From Candidatus Poribacteria bacterium (lineage in GTDB: Bacteria > Poribacteria > WGA-4E > WGA-3G): DNA of 64,000 nt. Each line of letters begins with the position of its first letter. Position 1 is the first letter of the stretch. Where the stretch lies: contig CAXXLX010000002.1 of assembly GCA_963665235.2 (NCBI GenBank), positions 512,001 through 576,000 of the forward strand, given 5' to 3'. A program made the position numbers and the translations under genes. Under the pieces are notes generated by a model. That model was not told the DNA's origin. It was given only the letters and a program-made list of their open reading frames with translations, and ran no database searches. Of the stretch, positions 38,144-48,700 are shown in pieces.

Positions 38144-38961
38144 GAGAGATTCGCCTTTGCATAGTTGACACCGTTCTTGAAAATAGCGAGTCCATCCCCC
38201 TCTTCAGGCAGATTTTCTCGTGTCCACCGGGGATGATTCCAGCGTGTCAAAAACCGTTCAGGGTGCGGCATTAATCCGAAGATTTTGCCTGTTACGTCGC
38301 AGATACCCGCGATATCAGCATCGGAACCGTTCGGATTATCGGGATATTCAGTAACAGCCTCACCTCCAGCAGGCGAGGGGGGGTGAGGTGCATATCGAAA
38401 CACAATCTGATGGTTGTCCGCTAATTCTTGCAACACAGCGGGTGGGGCAGTAAACCGTCCTTCAGCGTGAGCGACAGGCAGGTAGATGCGCGACTTAATG
38501 CCTTTCGTGAAGACACACGGGCTCTGCTGTGTTGCCAAATTTACCCAACGACACTCAAATTTTGCGGATGTATTCATTGCTAACGTTGCGCGTTGCGTCA
38601 TGTCTATGCTATTGGTTTTAGAGTGTGGGATGGCAGGTAACAATCCCGCCCGGACGAGCACTTGAAACCCGTTGCATATCCCTAATATCAGGTTGCCATC
38701 GGTAATAAACTGACTGAGTGCCCCGGTGAGTTTATGTTTAATCTCTGTTGCCAGTAGTATGCCGGCTGAAATATCGTCTCCATAAGAGAATCCGCCGGGA
38801 ATCGCCAGAATCTGGTAAGTGGCGAGGCTAATTTTGCCTGAGATAAGCTGTTGGATATGGACTAAAGCGGTTTCGGCCCCTGCTAGTTGGAAGGCGACTT
38901 CCGTTTCAGCATCGCAGTTTGTTCCCGCAGTTCGTAAGATGAGTGCTTTCGGTTTGTGCAT
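38140..38961 (-). CDS. purQ: Phosphoribosylformylglycinamidine synthase glutaminase subunit
   Basis: GTNCD-E, PGGFSYGD, GICNGFQ, NPNGS, MPHPER. Confidence 0.96.
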   Translation of the reverse strand: MHKPKALILRTAGTNCDAETEVAFQLAGAETALVHIQQLISGKISLATYQILAIPGGFSYGDDISAGILLATEIKHKLTGALSQFITDGNLILGICNGFQVLVRAGLLPAIPHSKTNSIDMTQRATLAMNTSAKFECRWVNLATQQSPCVFTKGIKSRIYLPVAHAEGRFTAPPAVLQELADNHQIVFRYAPHPPSPAGGEAVTEYPDNPNGSDADIAGICDVTGKIFGLMPHPERFLTRWNHPRWTRENLPEEGDGLAIFKNGVNYAKANLS

Positions 38962-39049
38962 TTGAATTGTAGCCTCCGCTCATGGTTGGGAAATACCAAT
39001 TGTTAACACATATCACGGGCGAGGAGACCTCGCCCCTACGACCATAAAA

Positions 39050-41440
39050 TTACCACCGCAACGTTCCTTGCCATGCAGATTTGAGCACATCAATGGAGGT
39101 TTCCACAATATGCTCCCCGTTAGTTCCCGTGACAATAAATGCTGTGTCCGCTATGACAGTCCCGATGTGTGCTGTTGGCACATCTGCCATGCAGGTTTTG
39201 TAGGTTGCCTCATGCTGCGGTTCAACCTCTACGATAAAACGGCTAGTGGACTCCGAAAACAGCAGCACATCATCAGTTATCGTACTGGTATCCCCTGTGG
39301 GGATAGGTTCGAGATTTAGGTGCATGCCGTATCCGCCAGCAAATGCCATCTCCGCAGCAGCAACAGCAATGCCCCCTTCCGAGCAGTCATGACATGAACG
39401 GACGACACCGTTCTGGATAGCCGTACTGAGCCGTTCCATCGTCAGTTTGCCTTCAGGCGGACGGACGACAGGCGCGTCGTTACCGATAAAACCTTGAATG
39501 CCGTAGTAATGCGAACCGCCAAGTTCCGCGTAGGTGTTCCCGACAACATAGATGGCATTGCCGGGAGTTTTCACATCCATCGTAACAGCTCGGTTAACAT
39601 CGGGCATAACACAAATTGCCGATATGAGCAGTGTGGCAGGGATAGCGCGCTGCTCGCCGGTTGTCGTATCCCGGTATTCGTTGTAGAGGCTATCCTTGCC
39701 AGAGATGAAAGGGGTGCCGTAGGCGGTTGCGATGTCGTAACATGCTTTCGCTGCCCGAACTAGCTCACCGAGCCGGTCTGGTTTGTCAGGATTTCCCCAA
39801 CAGAAGTTGTCGAGCAGTGCCGTGTATTCAAGCGTTCCCCCGACAGCGATGACGTTGCGTAAAGCCTCGTCTATTGCTGCAGCAGCACTGTGATATGGGT
39901 CGATGTCGCTATATTTCGGGTTAATGCCGTTCGCAACGATAACCCCTTGCCGACTGCCCAAAACGGGTGTAGTGACGCAAGCGTCGCTCGGACCGTCATT
40001 TTCAACCCCGACGAGCGGTTTGATAACAATACCCCCCTGCACCTCGTGGTCATACTGGCGGATAACCGATTCCTTGCTCGCTATGTTCGGACTGGCGAGC
40101 AGGTGACACAAGGTTTCTGTCCGTTGTGCTAGGGAGCTCGTTTCTATATTCGGTTCAGGGTGGTGTGGCGGTTGCCAAACAGCTTCTTTGACAGGCTGTG
40201 GTAACCCGTTGTGCAAAAATTCCATATCCAAATCGCCAACGAGTTCACCTTCGTAGAAGACCTGCAATTTATGTGTGTCTGTGAAGGTGCCGAGGACTGT
40301 GGCTTCAACCATTTCGGACTCACAAATTGCTATCAGTTCGTCAATGTTTTCGGGTGGCACTGCGACTACCATCCGTTCCTGTGCTTCGGAGAGCCAAATT
40401 TCCCACGGTGCAAGCCCCTCGTATTTGAGGGAGACCCGTTCAAGGTGGACCTCCGCGCCTATCTCTTCCCCCATTTCACCGACAGCGGACGAAAACCCGC
40501 CTGCCCCACAATCGGTGATGGTGCGGTAAAGGTTACGGTCACGTGCCTGTATCAGTGCATCGACTATCTTCTTCTCCATAATTGGGTTGCCGATTTGGAC
40601 AACACTGCCGAGGCTTTCAGAGGTGTCGTCCAATTCTGCTGATGAGAAGGTCGCGCCGTGAATACCATCACGTCCCGTTTGCCCCCCGATAGAGACAATC
40701 AGGTCACCGGGTTCAACAGATTTATCGCATCTATTTCGGGGAATTAAGCCGACGTTTCCGCAGAACACAAGCGGATTGGCGGTGTACCGTTCATCAAATA
40801 GGATTGCCCCGTTAGCGGTGGGAATTCCCATGCGGTTACCGTAATCGCGTACCCCCGCGACAACGCCTTTGAAAACGCGTTTCGGATGGAGTGTGCCTTT
40901 GGGCAGCTTCGTGTAGGGTGTATCGAGCAGTCCGAAACAGAACACATCTGTATTCAGAATCGGTTTCGCGCCGAGCCCGGTGCCGAGCGAATCCCGAATC
41001 ACGCCGCCGATGCCGGTCCCCGCACCGCCATAAGGCTCAATTGCCGAGGGGTGGTTGTGCGTTTCCACTTTGAAAACGAGGTTGTACGTGTCATCAAATT
41101 CAATAATACCGGCGTTGTCTGAGAAGACAGAGACACACCACGTTTTGTCTATCTCCTGCGTTGTACGCTGAATGAAGGTTGGGAACAATCCATCAATCTG
41201 TTCCGGCTCTTTCCCCGGTTCGGAGTAGCGGATGATACTTTTAAAGGTCTTGTGGACGCAATGTTCCGACCAGGTTTGGGCGATGGTTTCAAGTTCCACA
41301 TCGGTTGGGTCACGTCCTAAACCGCGAAAGTGCGCCTGAATTGCCAGCATTTCGGTGAGGTTAAGGGATAACGTGCCTTCTCGGCTAATCCGCATCAGTT
41401 CGGTATCGTCGGCGGTTAGGATGTTAAATCTTTGAATCAT
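39050..41440 (-). CDS. purL: Phosphoribosylformylglycinamidine synthase subunit PurL
   Basis: WSEHC-HK, KVETHNHPS, DCGAGG, SEAQERM, QYDHEV, HDCSEGG. Confidence 0.97.
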   Translation of the reverse strand: MIQRFNILTADDTELMRISREGTLSLNLTEMLAIQAHFRGLGRDPTDVELETIAQTWSEHCVHKTFKSIIRYSEPGKEPEQIDGLFPTFIQRTTQEIDKTWCVSVFSDNAGIIEFDDTYNLVFKVETHNHPSAIEPYGGAGTGIGGVIRDSLGTGLGAKPILNTDVFCFGLLDTPYTKLPKGTLHPKRVFKGVVAGVRDYGNRMGIPTANGAILFDERYTANPLVFCGNVGLIPRNRCDKSVEPGDLIVSIGGQTGRDGIHGATFSSAELDDTSESLGSVVQIGNPIMEKKIVDALIQARDRNLYRTITDCGAGGFSSAVGEMGEEIGAEVHLERVSLKYEGLAPWEIWLSEAQERMVVAVPPENIDELIAICESEMVEATVLGTFTDTHKLQVFYEGELVGDLDMEFLHNGLPQPVKEAVWQPPHHPEPNIETSSLAQRTETLCHLLASPNIASKESVIRQYDHEVQGGIVIKPLVGVENDGPSDACVTTPVLGSRQGVIVANGINPKYSDIDPYHSAAAAIDEALRNVIAVGGTLEYTALLDNFCWGNPDKPDRLGELVRAAKACYDIATAYGTPFISGKDSLYNEYRDTTTGEQRAIPATLLISAICVMPDVNRAVTMDVKTPGNAIYVVGNTYAELGGSHYYGIQGFIGNDAPVVRPPEGKLTMERLSTAIQNGVVRSCHDCSEGGIAVAAAEMAFAGGYGMHLNLEPIPTGDTSTITDDVLLFSESTSRFIVEVEPQHEATYKTCMADVPTAHIGTVIADTAFIVTGTNGEHIVETSIDVLKSAWQGTLRW

Positions 41441-41515
41441 GGCACCTCCGCTCGCCTGTGCTGATGTTGCAGGCGGGTTTGTGATGAATTTAACTTATGT
41501 TGTGATCGCTAACAG

Positions 41516-42352
41516 TTATTCCGAACTGCTGTCCTGTTTGAACGAGGCTGTCACCCGTGGAATGCTCTCCTCACAGGCAAACCGCTCAATACTAGAGGCA
41601 CCGACAAAACCGACTGTATCTGTCTGCTCGTTGATAAACGTTGCTTCGGGGGCTTTTGAGATAGGCCCGCCGTGCGCTAGACAGATAACCTCCGGGTTGT
41701 ATGCTTTTGCTGCGTCACAAATCTCTTGCACTCGCACGGCTGCATCTTCAAGCGTGAACGCTGTTTCCGCGCCAATCGTGCCGCCGATTGTCGTGCCCAT
41801 GTGCGCAATGATAACGTCCGCACCAGCCTTCGCCATGTTTTCCGCCTCTTCGGGATTGAAGACATACACAATCGTAAAAAGATCCATCTCATGTGCGATG
41901 GCAATCGTCTCTACCTCTTTGTAGAAACCCATGCCTGTCTCTTCAAGCGTTATGCGGAAAGTGCCATCGATGACACCGACAGTCGGAAAATTATTGACAC
42001 CGTCGAAGCCAACATCACGCACCTGTTTGAGAAAATTGCTCATCCGGCGCGTTGGGTCTGTGCCGTTGACACCTGCAATAACGGGGGTCTTTTTCACAAC
42101 GGGGAGCACTTCGCGTTCTCCCATCTCCATAACGATAGCGTTCGCATCACCGTAAGCCAAAAGCCCGGCACAAGAGCCGAACCCGGACATCCGGTATCGA
42201 CCGGAGTTATAAATCACAATTAGGTCGGCACCCCCCTGTTCGGCAAATTTGGCGGTGATGCCGGTCCCCGCACCGACAGCTAACAGCGGTTTGCCGCTAT
42301 CTAATTCCTGTCTCAAGCGTCCTAAAACGTGTTCTCGTGTATAATCTGGCAT
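41516..42352 (-). CDS. Phosphoenolpyruvate hydrolase-like TIM-barrel protein
   Basis: GAGTGITAK, YNSGRYRM, NFPTVG-IDG, HGGPI, GASSIER; AAGGAG SD before ATG 42352. Confidence 0.88.
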   Translation of the reverse strand: MPDYTREHVLGRLRQELDSGKPLLAVGAGTGITAKFAEQGGADLIVIYNSGRYRMSGFGSCAGLLAYGDANAIVMEMGEREVLPVVKKTPVIAGVNGTDPTRRMSNFLKQVRDVGFDGVNNFPTVGVIDGTFRITLEETGMGFYKEVETIAIAHEMDLFTIVYVFNPEEAENMAKAGADVIIAHMGTTIGGTIGAETAFTLEDAAVRVQEICDAAKAYNPEVICLAHGGPISKAPEATFINEQTDTVGFVGASSIERFACEESIPRVTASFKQDSSSE

Positions 42353-42391
42353 TTGCTTCTCCTTTGCGGCCGGTAATATACCGCTACACAT

Positions 42392-43786
42392 CTATTCGTC
42401 TTTCGATTTTGCTTGTAGACGTGCCGCTTCGCCCGGGTTTCCGATATGCATCGTGTTATAAGCCTGGTCAGAGCTCTTGAAGGGGCCGACACCTTTGTGT
42501 CCGTGCCAATCGCCTTGATTCATAATCGGGTTCGGCAACCCTGTCTCCTTTTCACGCTGTAGAATGTAGTCTTTCATACGCGTCTCAAGCATATTGACAA
42601 TGTCCGGATGCTTATCGACCACATTGTCGTTTTCGTCCGGGTCTTGGATAAGGTTATACAGTTCGACAGGCGGTTTGTAATGGAAATCCGGTTCAAGGGC
42701 GACGATGAGCTTCCATTCAGGTGTACGCCAGCCGTGTTTCCGCATCCACGTGCATTCGGTGATATAGAATTCGCTATCGTAGGAGGCGATTTCACCGGAC
42801 ATCAACGGAAGTAGACTATCCCCATCAAATTCGATGTCGGTTTCAATGCCCGCCAATTCCAAAAGCGTCGGCACGAGGTCTTTGTGCTGGTTATATCCTG
42901 CCACACGTTTCCGTGCTGGCACTCGCCCCGGATAGCGGATGATAAGCGGGACATGTAAAGTGACATCGTAGAGCCCATGATGGTCGAACCAGCATTCGTG
43001 GTCGTAAAGCGTTTCACCGTGGTCACCGTTGATAACGACAATCGTTTCATCCAAGACACCGCGGGTCTCTAGAACATTAAAGAGTGTCTGAATACAAGCA
43101 TCCATATAAGCAATTGCGCCATCGTATTGCGCGATGACGTAGTCCTTATCGGTAATTCCGACCGGCATCCACGAGGCGAAGTAGTCGCAGAAAGGTTTGA
43201 ACTCCATTACCGGTTCCATGGAGGAATTGTTGGGGTCGCATTCGTTGCCGTGATAGAACATCCGCTCGTAAGGTTCAGGTGGCAAATAGGGGGAGTGCGG
43301 GTCCATGTGGCGCAGGAATAGGAAAAACGGTTTATCGCTGCTCTGGTCAATCAACCGGTTCATTTCGGGGACAGCCGTTTTGTTGAGATTTTGCGCTTTA
43401 GGGCTCCGGCCGGTTTCATCTGGCCCCCATCCGGCGAATTCGAGATAGGTATCAAACCCGCGGGAGCTCGGGTTATTAAATCCGATGCAGGTGGTATCGT
43501 ATCCTGCGTCGCGCAGGATTTCGGGTAACGTTCTGATTTCTTCACGGAGCGGCCCTTTGTGTCGCAGTGCAACAACTTGGGTGCTGAACGTGTCCATCCC
43601 TGTGAGCATAGAGGCGTACGCGCTCGTCGTTGGGATATGGGCACTATAGGTCTTCTCAAAAAGGGTGCCCCCTTCTGCGAATTTGTCTATGTAGGGTGTC
43701 GTCAGTCGGTGATACCCGTAGCAACTCATGTGTGTGGCGAGGAGGGAGTCAACGCCCATCAACACGATATTTGGATGTTTTGCCAT
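42392..43786 (-). CDS. Sulfatase/alkaline-phosphatase superfamily protein with non-canonical active-site motif
   Basis: PNIV...DSL, ASMLTG, DPH-PY, GDHGE, HVPLI, ELYNL..DPDE. Confidence 0.85.
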   Translation of the reverse strand: MAKHPNIVLMGVDSLLATHMSCYGYHRLTTPYIDKFAEGGTLFEKTYSAHIPTTSAYASMLTGMDTFSTQVVALRHKGPLREEIRTLPEILRDAGYDTTCIGFNNPSSRGFDTYLEFAGWGPDETGRSPKAQNLNKTAVPEMNRLIDQSSDKPFFLFLRHMDPHSPYLPPEPYERMFYHGNECDPNNSSMEPVMEFKPFCDYFASWMPVGITDKDYVIAQYDGAIAYMDACIQTLFNVLETRGVLDETIVVINGDHGETLYDHECWFDHHGLYDVTLHVPLIIRYPGRVPARKRVAGYNQHKDLVPTLLELAGIETDIEFDGDSLLPLMSGEIASYDSEFYITECTWMRKHGWRTPEWKLIVALEPDFHYKPPVELYNLIQDPDENDNVVDKHPDIVNMLETRMKDYILQREKETGLPNPIMNQGDWHGHKGVGPFKSSDQAYNTMHIGNPGEAARLQAKSKDE

Positions 43787-43804
43787 TTCTGATACTCCTT
43801 TATC

Positions 43805-44623
43805 TTATTGTGAATTTTCCCAATTTTTATGCCAAACGAGGGTGTTCTGGGTATCATTATCCAGCACATCCCCAATTTGTAACGAGTTAAAATAGGGTTC
43901 GGGCAGGATGTTTCGTTTACCGTTGAAGGTGCATCCATCTGGCATGAATCCACAGGTCATCGCTCGGCGGTGTGCAAATGTCATGTTCGCTCCTGCGCCG
44001 TGTGCTGTTAATCCGTTATGCCAGACCATGGAACCTGCTGGGCATGGTGCCGGGTATGGTTCAAGTTTTTTCCATTCCGGGTACACTGTGAACAGCGCGC
44101 CGATGTTTTCGCCTATACCGACGTTATCAAACCGTGCGGTTTTATGGGTGCCGGGCAGGTACCACATGCAACCGTTCCCGAGCGTTGCATCGTCCAAGGC
44201 AACCCAAAACGAAACAGCATCCCGCGAGTCAAATGACCAGTACGGTACATCGAGGTGCCATGCGGTAGGATTTCCGGATGGCGGTTTAATTAACGCTTGG
44301 TCGTGCCATATCCGCATCCCCTCAACGCCTGCCAATTGCGTAGCCATACGTCCGATTTTCCGGTTGTGTACCAATTTCCGCATACCGGGGTGTGTATCTG
44401 ACAAACGGAGGCATTGTGTAAAGACTCGCGCGTAGAAGTTAGATGGCTCCAGTTGGTTTGTCATAAGATCAACGGAGGTGCCAAGCCGTTCCGTGACAGC
44501 CTCATCAGTGCATCGTCGCCATTCTGCCAATTCGTTGGTATCCAGAAAGTTTTCAATGACAAGAAATCCGTTTTCCTGATAAAAATCGATTTGTTCTGTG
44601 GTGAGTTCGTGCCGCATCTCCAC
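43805..44623 (-). CDS. Phytanoyl-CoA dioxygenase family protein
   Basis: WHLD, WVALDDAT..NGCM, HGAGAN, RRA. Confidence 0.9.
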   Translation of the reverse strand: MEMRHELTTEQIDFYQENGFLVIENFLDTNELAEWRRCTDEAVTERLGTSVDLMTNQLEPSNFYARVFTQCLRLSDTHPGMRKLVHNRKIGRMATQLAGVEGMRIWHDQALIKPPSGNPTAWHLDVPYWSFDSRDAVSFWVALDDATLGNGCMWYLPGTHKTARFDNVGIGENIGALFTVYPEWKKLEPYPAPCPAGSMVWHNGLTAHGAGANMTFAHRRAMTCGFMPDGCTFNGKRNILPEPYFNSLQIGDVLDNDTQNTLVWHKNWENSQ

Positions 44624-44763
44624 GTTCTCCTTACTAATTCCTCGGGCAGCGGACTTTCAAAACGTCCGACCCGATGTCAATACATGATTATACTATTATC
44701 TTAACACATGAAACAGAAATTGGCAAGGAAAATTAAAAATGGGAGGGTTTAAAAAAGTAAGAC

Positions 44764-44793
44764 TTGAATTAAGGCTTAAAGGTGTGGTATAAT
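44764..44793 (+). promoter_or_regulatory. sigma70 promoter
   Basis: TTGAAT-N18-TATAAT with TG extension. Confidence 0.6.
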
Positions 44794-44830
44794 TCTTTTA
44801 AATTAGAATTTGTAAAAGGAAGAGAATCAC

Positions 44831-45466
44831 GTGAATTGCGAAATGAGCGAAACGCGAATGCGAATCCTACAACTCCTGAAAATGCGTGCCCGTATGACCG
44901 TCAATCAACTAACAGAGGCGTTGCCTATCAGTGCGATGGGGGTCAGACAACACCTCGCTATTTTGGAGGAGGAGGGTTTGGTAGAACATTACCGAGAAAA
45001 GCAGGCGCGCGGCCGTCCGCATTATCTATACGGTTTAACAGAGGAAGCAAATAGCCTGTTTCCGACAACCTACGCGAACTTTGCAGTCGGTTTGCTGCAA
45101 GAGGCCGCAAAGCTCAACGGACCAGGCTTCATCAATAAAGTGTTTCGGGGACGCATGAAGTCGCAGCTTGAGGTATACGAACAGCGACTTCAGGGAGGCA
45201 CCTTGCAGGAACGCGTCAAAGAACTTGCAAGCATCCGAGACGAAGAGGGGTACATGGCACGTTTCGACGAAGACGATACCGACTATGTCTTAATTGAGCA
45301 TAACTGTCCAATTGTTGCTATTGCTGAGGAATATCCGCACGTATGCGAAATTGAATTAGCCCTCTTCCGGCAATCCTTAGGGACGAAGGTATATCGAGTG
45401 GAGCATCTCATGCAAGGCGATTATAAATGTTGCTACCGTATACCCAAAGGCTGCGAATGTGACTGA
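44831..45466 (+). CDS. SufR-like wHTH transcriptional regulator (Fe-S/metal sensing)
   Basis: VRQHL..LE, GRP, HNCP, C-IE, CCY. Confidence 0.85.
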   Translation: MNCEMSETRMRILQLLKMRARMTVNQLTEALPISAMGVRQHLAILEEEGLVEHYREKQARGRPHYLYGLTEEANSLFPTTYANFAVGLLQEAAKLNGPGFINKVFRGRMKSQLEVYEQRLQGGTLQERVKELASIRDEEGYMARFDEDDTDYVLIEHNCPIVAIAEEYPHVCEIELALFRQSLGTKVYRVEHLMQGDYKCCYRIPKGCECD

Positions 45467-46165
45467 CATACTCCCAAAGCTAAAGCATTGGGGTTCTTTT
45501 GCTCCTTGTAGGAACATTCCCTGCTCAGGCAGGGCAACTTCGGACTTCAAGGCGAAATCCGAGGGGCGGTGTCATTTTCATGGTTTTGTTGCCCATGTCC
45601 GCCGCTACGGGGACACCGAAGTGTCCCAGATACTTTTTTCGAATGTTGATAGCACCGACACCATCTCGGTGATACTTGAATCCACAAGAGCAGGTATAGT
45701 TTCGGTTGTTAGGTTTCTTTCGGTTGCCACAGTTTGGGCAAGTTTGTGAGGTGTAAGCCTCGTTAATCAGTTCAACTTTGATACCCAGTGATTTTGCTTT
45801 GTAGGTAATCAACTCGGTCACCTTACCGAAAGGCCATTGGTGAAGTTTCTGGTTGGCACGTTTACCATAGTCAATATTGTCTCGAATGCCTATAAGGTCG
45901 CCTATGACAATCGTGCCTATACCTGACTTAGAGCAGTGTTTGACAAACCGCGTCGTGTGTTTGTGGAGTGCATCCTTGATTTGATTGTCAATTTTTCGGA
46001 TACGCTTCCACTTTCTACGCACCAAGTACCACCAGCGTGGGGAGTGGCGTTTACACCTATCAATCTTGGCATTCATGGAGGCAATCACCTTGTTTCTCAA
46101 TCGGTATAAGCTTCGGATATACCGCCCATTGAAAATCAGTGTGTGTTGCCCGTCATAGCTGATAA
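45464..46165 (-). mobile_element. tnpB: 5'-truncated IS605-family element (tnpB remnant with intact right end)
   Basis: IVIGDL, EAYTSQTCPNC, HRDGVGAINI; RuvC-I absent; end hairpin CCCCAATGCTTTAGCTTTGGGAGTATGTCA. Confidence 0.85.
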
Positions 46166-46216
46166 AATTCCGGTTTAGTAGGTGTAACAGCACAAAATCA
46201 CAGAGGAAATTATCAG

Positions 46217-46801
46217 ATGTCTGACGAACAGGGACGCCGCGACTTTTTCAAGGAGGCTTTAAGCCAACTTATGAAACCTGTCGCTGAATTTCTAGATGAA
46301 CAGCGTGGGGACCGGCTGCCGGTTGATGACCCGAATCGCGTAATTTTGCGTCCTCCGGGGGCGTTGCCTGAGGCCGAGTTTCTAGAGACCTGTCTTCGGT
46401 GTGGCAACTGTGTTAAGAATTGTCCAGCAAGTGCGATACAGCCGCTACAAAATCGAGACCCAAATCTCGCTAATACGCCTTACATAGACCCCGAGGAACA
46501 ACCTTGTGTGATTTGCGAGTCATTGGCTTGTATGTACGTTTGCCCTAGCGGTGCGTTACAAATCGTCTATGCTGAAGATATCAGAATAGGCCGTGCTGTT
46601 TTCAACGCTGAAACCTGCCTCCGCACGAAAGGGGTCGCTTGTACCTATTGTGTTGACACATGTCCTATTGGGGAGGAAGCGATTCATCTAACAGCGGCGG
46701 GTGTTGTAGAGGTGCTCGATTCGGGCTGCACGGGGTGCGGGGTTTGTCAGTATGCATGTCCGACAGAGCCTAAATCGATAGTGATTGAAGCGATTCGGTA
46801 G
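46217..46801 (+). CDS. MauM/NapG/NapF-like 4Fe-4S dicluster ferredoxin
   Basis: RRDFFK, LRPPGA, four Cys clusters ending in CP. Confidence 0.88.
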   Translation: MSDEQGRRDFFKEALSQLMKPVAEFLDEQRGDRLPVDDPNRVILRPPGALPEAEFLETCLRCGNCVKNCPASAIQPLQNRDPNLANTPYIDPEEQPCVICESLACMYVCPSGALQIVYAEDIRIGRAVFNAETCLRTKGVACTYCVDTCPIGEEAIHLTAAGVVEVLDSGCTGCGVCQYACPTEPKSIVIEAIR

Positions 46802-46802
46802 C

Positions 46803-47417
46803 ATGAAATTTATTTTTTGCTGGGGCAATGCGGCAAAAGTCGCTGGGCTCCTATTCAGTGTCCCGCTTTTTTGGAATGGGCAGCTTTATGCACAAGCCCC
46901 CGATGCCGGTGTGCAGGCCCTTCGCGACATCAAGCCGCCCCTGGAGGTATCGTTAAACCTGCTTCCTTATATTGTGGTTGGCAGTGTCGTTGTCGCCTGC
47001 ATGGCAGCTTTGGGGTGGGTCTATCTGCGAAGACGTTGGCAAACCGTAGTGTCATCGGCACCGCGGGCAGCAGAGCTTGTGCTGCGGCCGCCTCACGAAA
47101 TTGCAATTGAACAGCTGGAGGCACTTGAAGCAGCAGACTGCAACATGGCGGTGTATCATACGCAAATTGCTTATGTCATTCGTGAGTATATTGCGGCACG
47201 TTACCGAATTCCTGCCCTGGAATTGACAACGACAAGGTTGCTCGAGCAGATGGCACGCGAGCGGATAGGGGGCCTTTATATTGAACATCTCCGACATTTT
47301 CTTGGGAGCTGTGATAGGGTTAAGTTCGCAACGTACCGTCCGGAGGTGTCCGAAGCAGCGACGCGAATGGCAGATGCCTTGTGGTTTGTAGATGTGACAA
47401 AGGCTCCTTTGGCATAG
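46803..47417 (+). CDS. Bat-cluster-associated single-TM protein (DUF4381-like)
   Basis: LRDIKPP, TM, PHEIA..L, ALELTT, DRVKFA. Confidence 0.7.
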   Translation: MKFIFCWGNAAKVAGLLFSVPLFWNGQLYAQAPDAGVQALRDIKPPLEVSLNLLPYIVVGSVVVACMAALGWVYLRRRWQTVVSSAPRAAELVLRPPHEIAIEQLEALEAADCNMAVYHTQIAYVIREYIAARYRIPALELTTTRLLEQMARERIGGLYIEHLRHFLGSCDRVKFATYRPEVSEAATRMADALWFVDVTKAPLA

Positions 47418-47438
47418 AGGAGGCACGGCAGGCCTATA

Positions 47439-47530
47439 TCGCGTGCGAAGCACGCTCCTACAGAGAGAGGAAATCGCGTGCGAAGCACGCTCCTACAGAA
47501 GAGCGGGTCGCTTGCACAGCACGCTCCTAC
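47439..47530 (-). repeat. Three tandem GTAG REP hairpins
   Basis: TCGC(G/T)TGC(GA/AC)AGCACGCTCCTAC x3. Confidence 0.85.
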
Positions 47531-47624
47531 AGAGGAGAGGAAATATATACATCAAAATTTTCTTGGTGAGAAGGGGAGAAATTTGAAGGGGAATTATGGC
47601 AATAAAAAAAGTTGTGAAAAAAAC

Positions 47625-47653
47625 TTGACATATTTTGCAAACTTTGGTATTCT
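47625..47653 (+). promoter_or_regulatory. sigma70 promoter of rsb-like operon
   Basis: TTGACA-N17-TATTCT with TG extension. Confidence 0.6.
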
Positions 47654-47746
47654 AATTATTAAACGATGGAGGAATAGTAATTGCCGGGCTATCCCTTCAT
47701 AGAAATAATGTAGAATAAAATTTACTCAGTAAGGAGGAAAAGCAGC

Positions 47747-48181
47747 GTGGCAAATACGCTTTCCAAGCACCAAGTGCACCTGACCATACCGATGTATCCA
47801 GATATGGAGCTTATAGCCGCCAAGACGGTCTCTGTCTTCGCTGAATTGAATAATTTTGACGAGGGACAGGTCGAAGAAATTCAGTTGGCGGTTATTGAAT
47901 CTTGTATTAACGCATTTGAGCATAGTCAGAGTGAAGATAAGCAGGTTTTCATCGAATTCATTATGCGGACCGATGCGTTGGAATTCAAAATCACCGACCG
48001 TGGTGTCGGTTTCAATCCGGATAAGCCGCCGAAACGCTTAACCAGTGGGCCAGTGCTACATCCAGACATGCGGAAACGCGGGTGGGGCTTAGAAATTGTC
48101 AGAACGCTCATGGATGAAGTAGATATAGAAAGCGGGGCAGATGGAACGACCATTAGTGGTGTTAAAAAGAAAACGGATTAA
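47747..48181 (+). CDS. Anti-sigma factor Ser kinase (RsbW-like HATPase)
   Basis: E-CINAFEH, DRGVGF, RGWGL..V..LMDEV. Confidence 0.9.
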   Translation: MANTLSKHQVHLTIPMYPDMELIAAKTVSVFAELNNFDEGQVEEIQLAVIESCINAFEHSQSEDKQVFIEFIMRTDALEFKITDRGVGFNPDKPPKRLTSGPVLHPDMRKRGWGLEIVRTLMDEVDIESGADGTTISGVKKKTD

Positions 48182-48222
48182 CCCCCGCAACAGCCCAGTG
48201 TCAATGTGAAGGAGGTAAGGGT

Positions 48223-48567
48223 TTGTTAAACAAATTTGACATACAAATTCGTGCGGAGCAGGAGTATGCCGTACTTGAAACAGATGGTTACTTAAACGAC
48301 GCACTCGGAGAAGAGCTCTCAAAAAAAGCACAGGAACTCATTCAGGATGGATACACACAACTGGTAATCAATTTGGATAAAACGGCTTTGATTAACAGCA
48401 TCGGCATCTCTATTCTGATAGAAATCATTGAGGCACTTGATGAACGGGAAGGGACGTTGAACTTCTGCGGACTGTCCGCAACGCAGGAACGCACCTTCCG
48501 TATGATGGCAATATCGAAATACGCTGGCATTTTCCCGGATGAAGAAACCGCCATCGCTAATTTCTGA
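48223..48567 (+). CDS. Anti-anti-sigma factor (STAS, RsbV-like)
   Basis: STAS pattern with INSIG phospho-Ser motif; GGAGG SD, TTG start. Confidence 0.88.
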   Translation: MLNKFDIQIRAEQEYAVLETDGYLNDALGEELSKKAQELIQDGYTQLVINLDKTALINSIGISILIEIIEALDEREGTLNFCGLSATQERTFRMMAISKYAGIFPDEETAIANF

Positions 48568-48700
48568 ATTAGCTATTGGCTATTGACTATTGGCAAGATG
48601 TTGTGATTATAGACAGGTTTTTGACACGCGTTAGACCCCTCTTGCTATAGGTTTCTGATGGTTTCCAATAGCTATTTGAGAAAAAAAGGAGTAGGCACAC

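Noticed and set aside
38140-41440. purL/purQ without purS
   Set aside because: purS may be elsewhere in the genome; cannot be judged from this window
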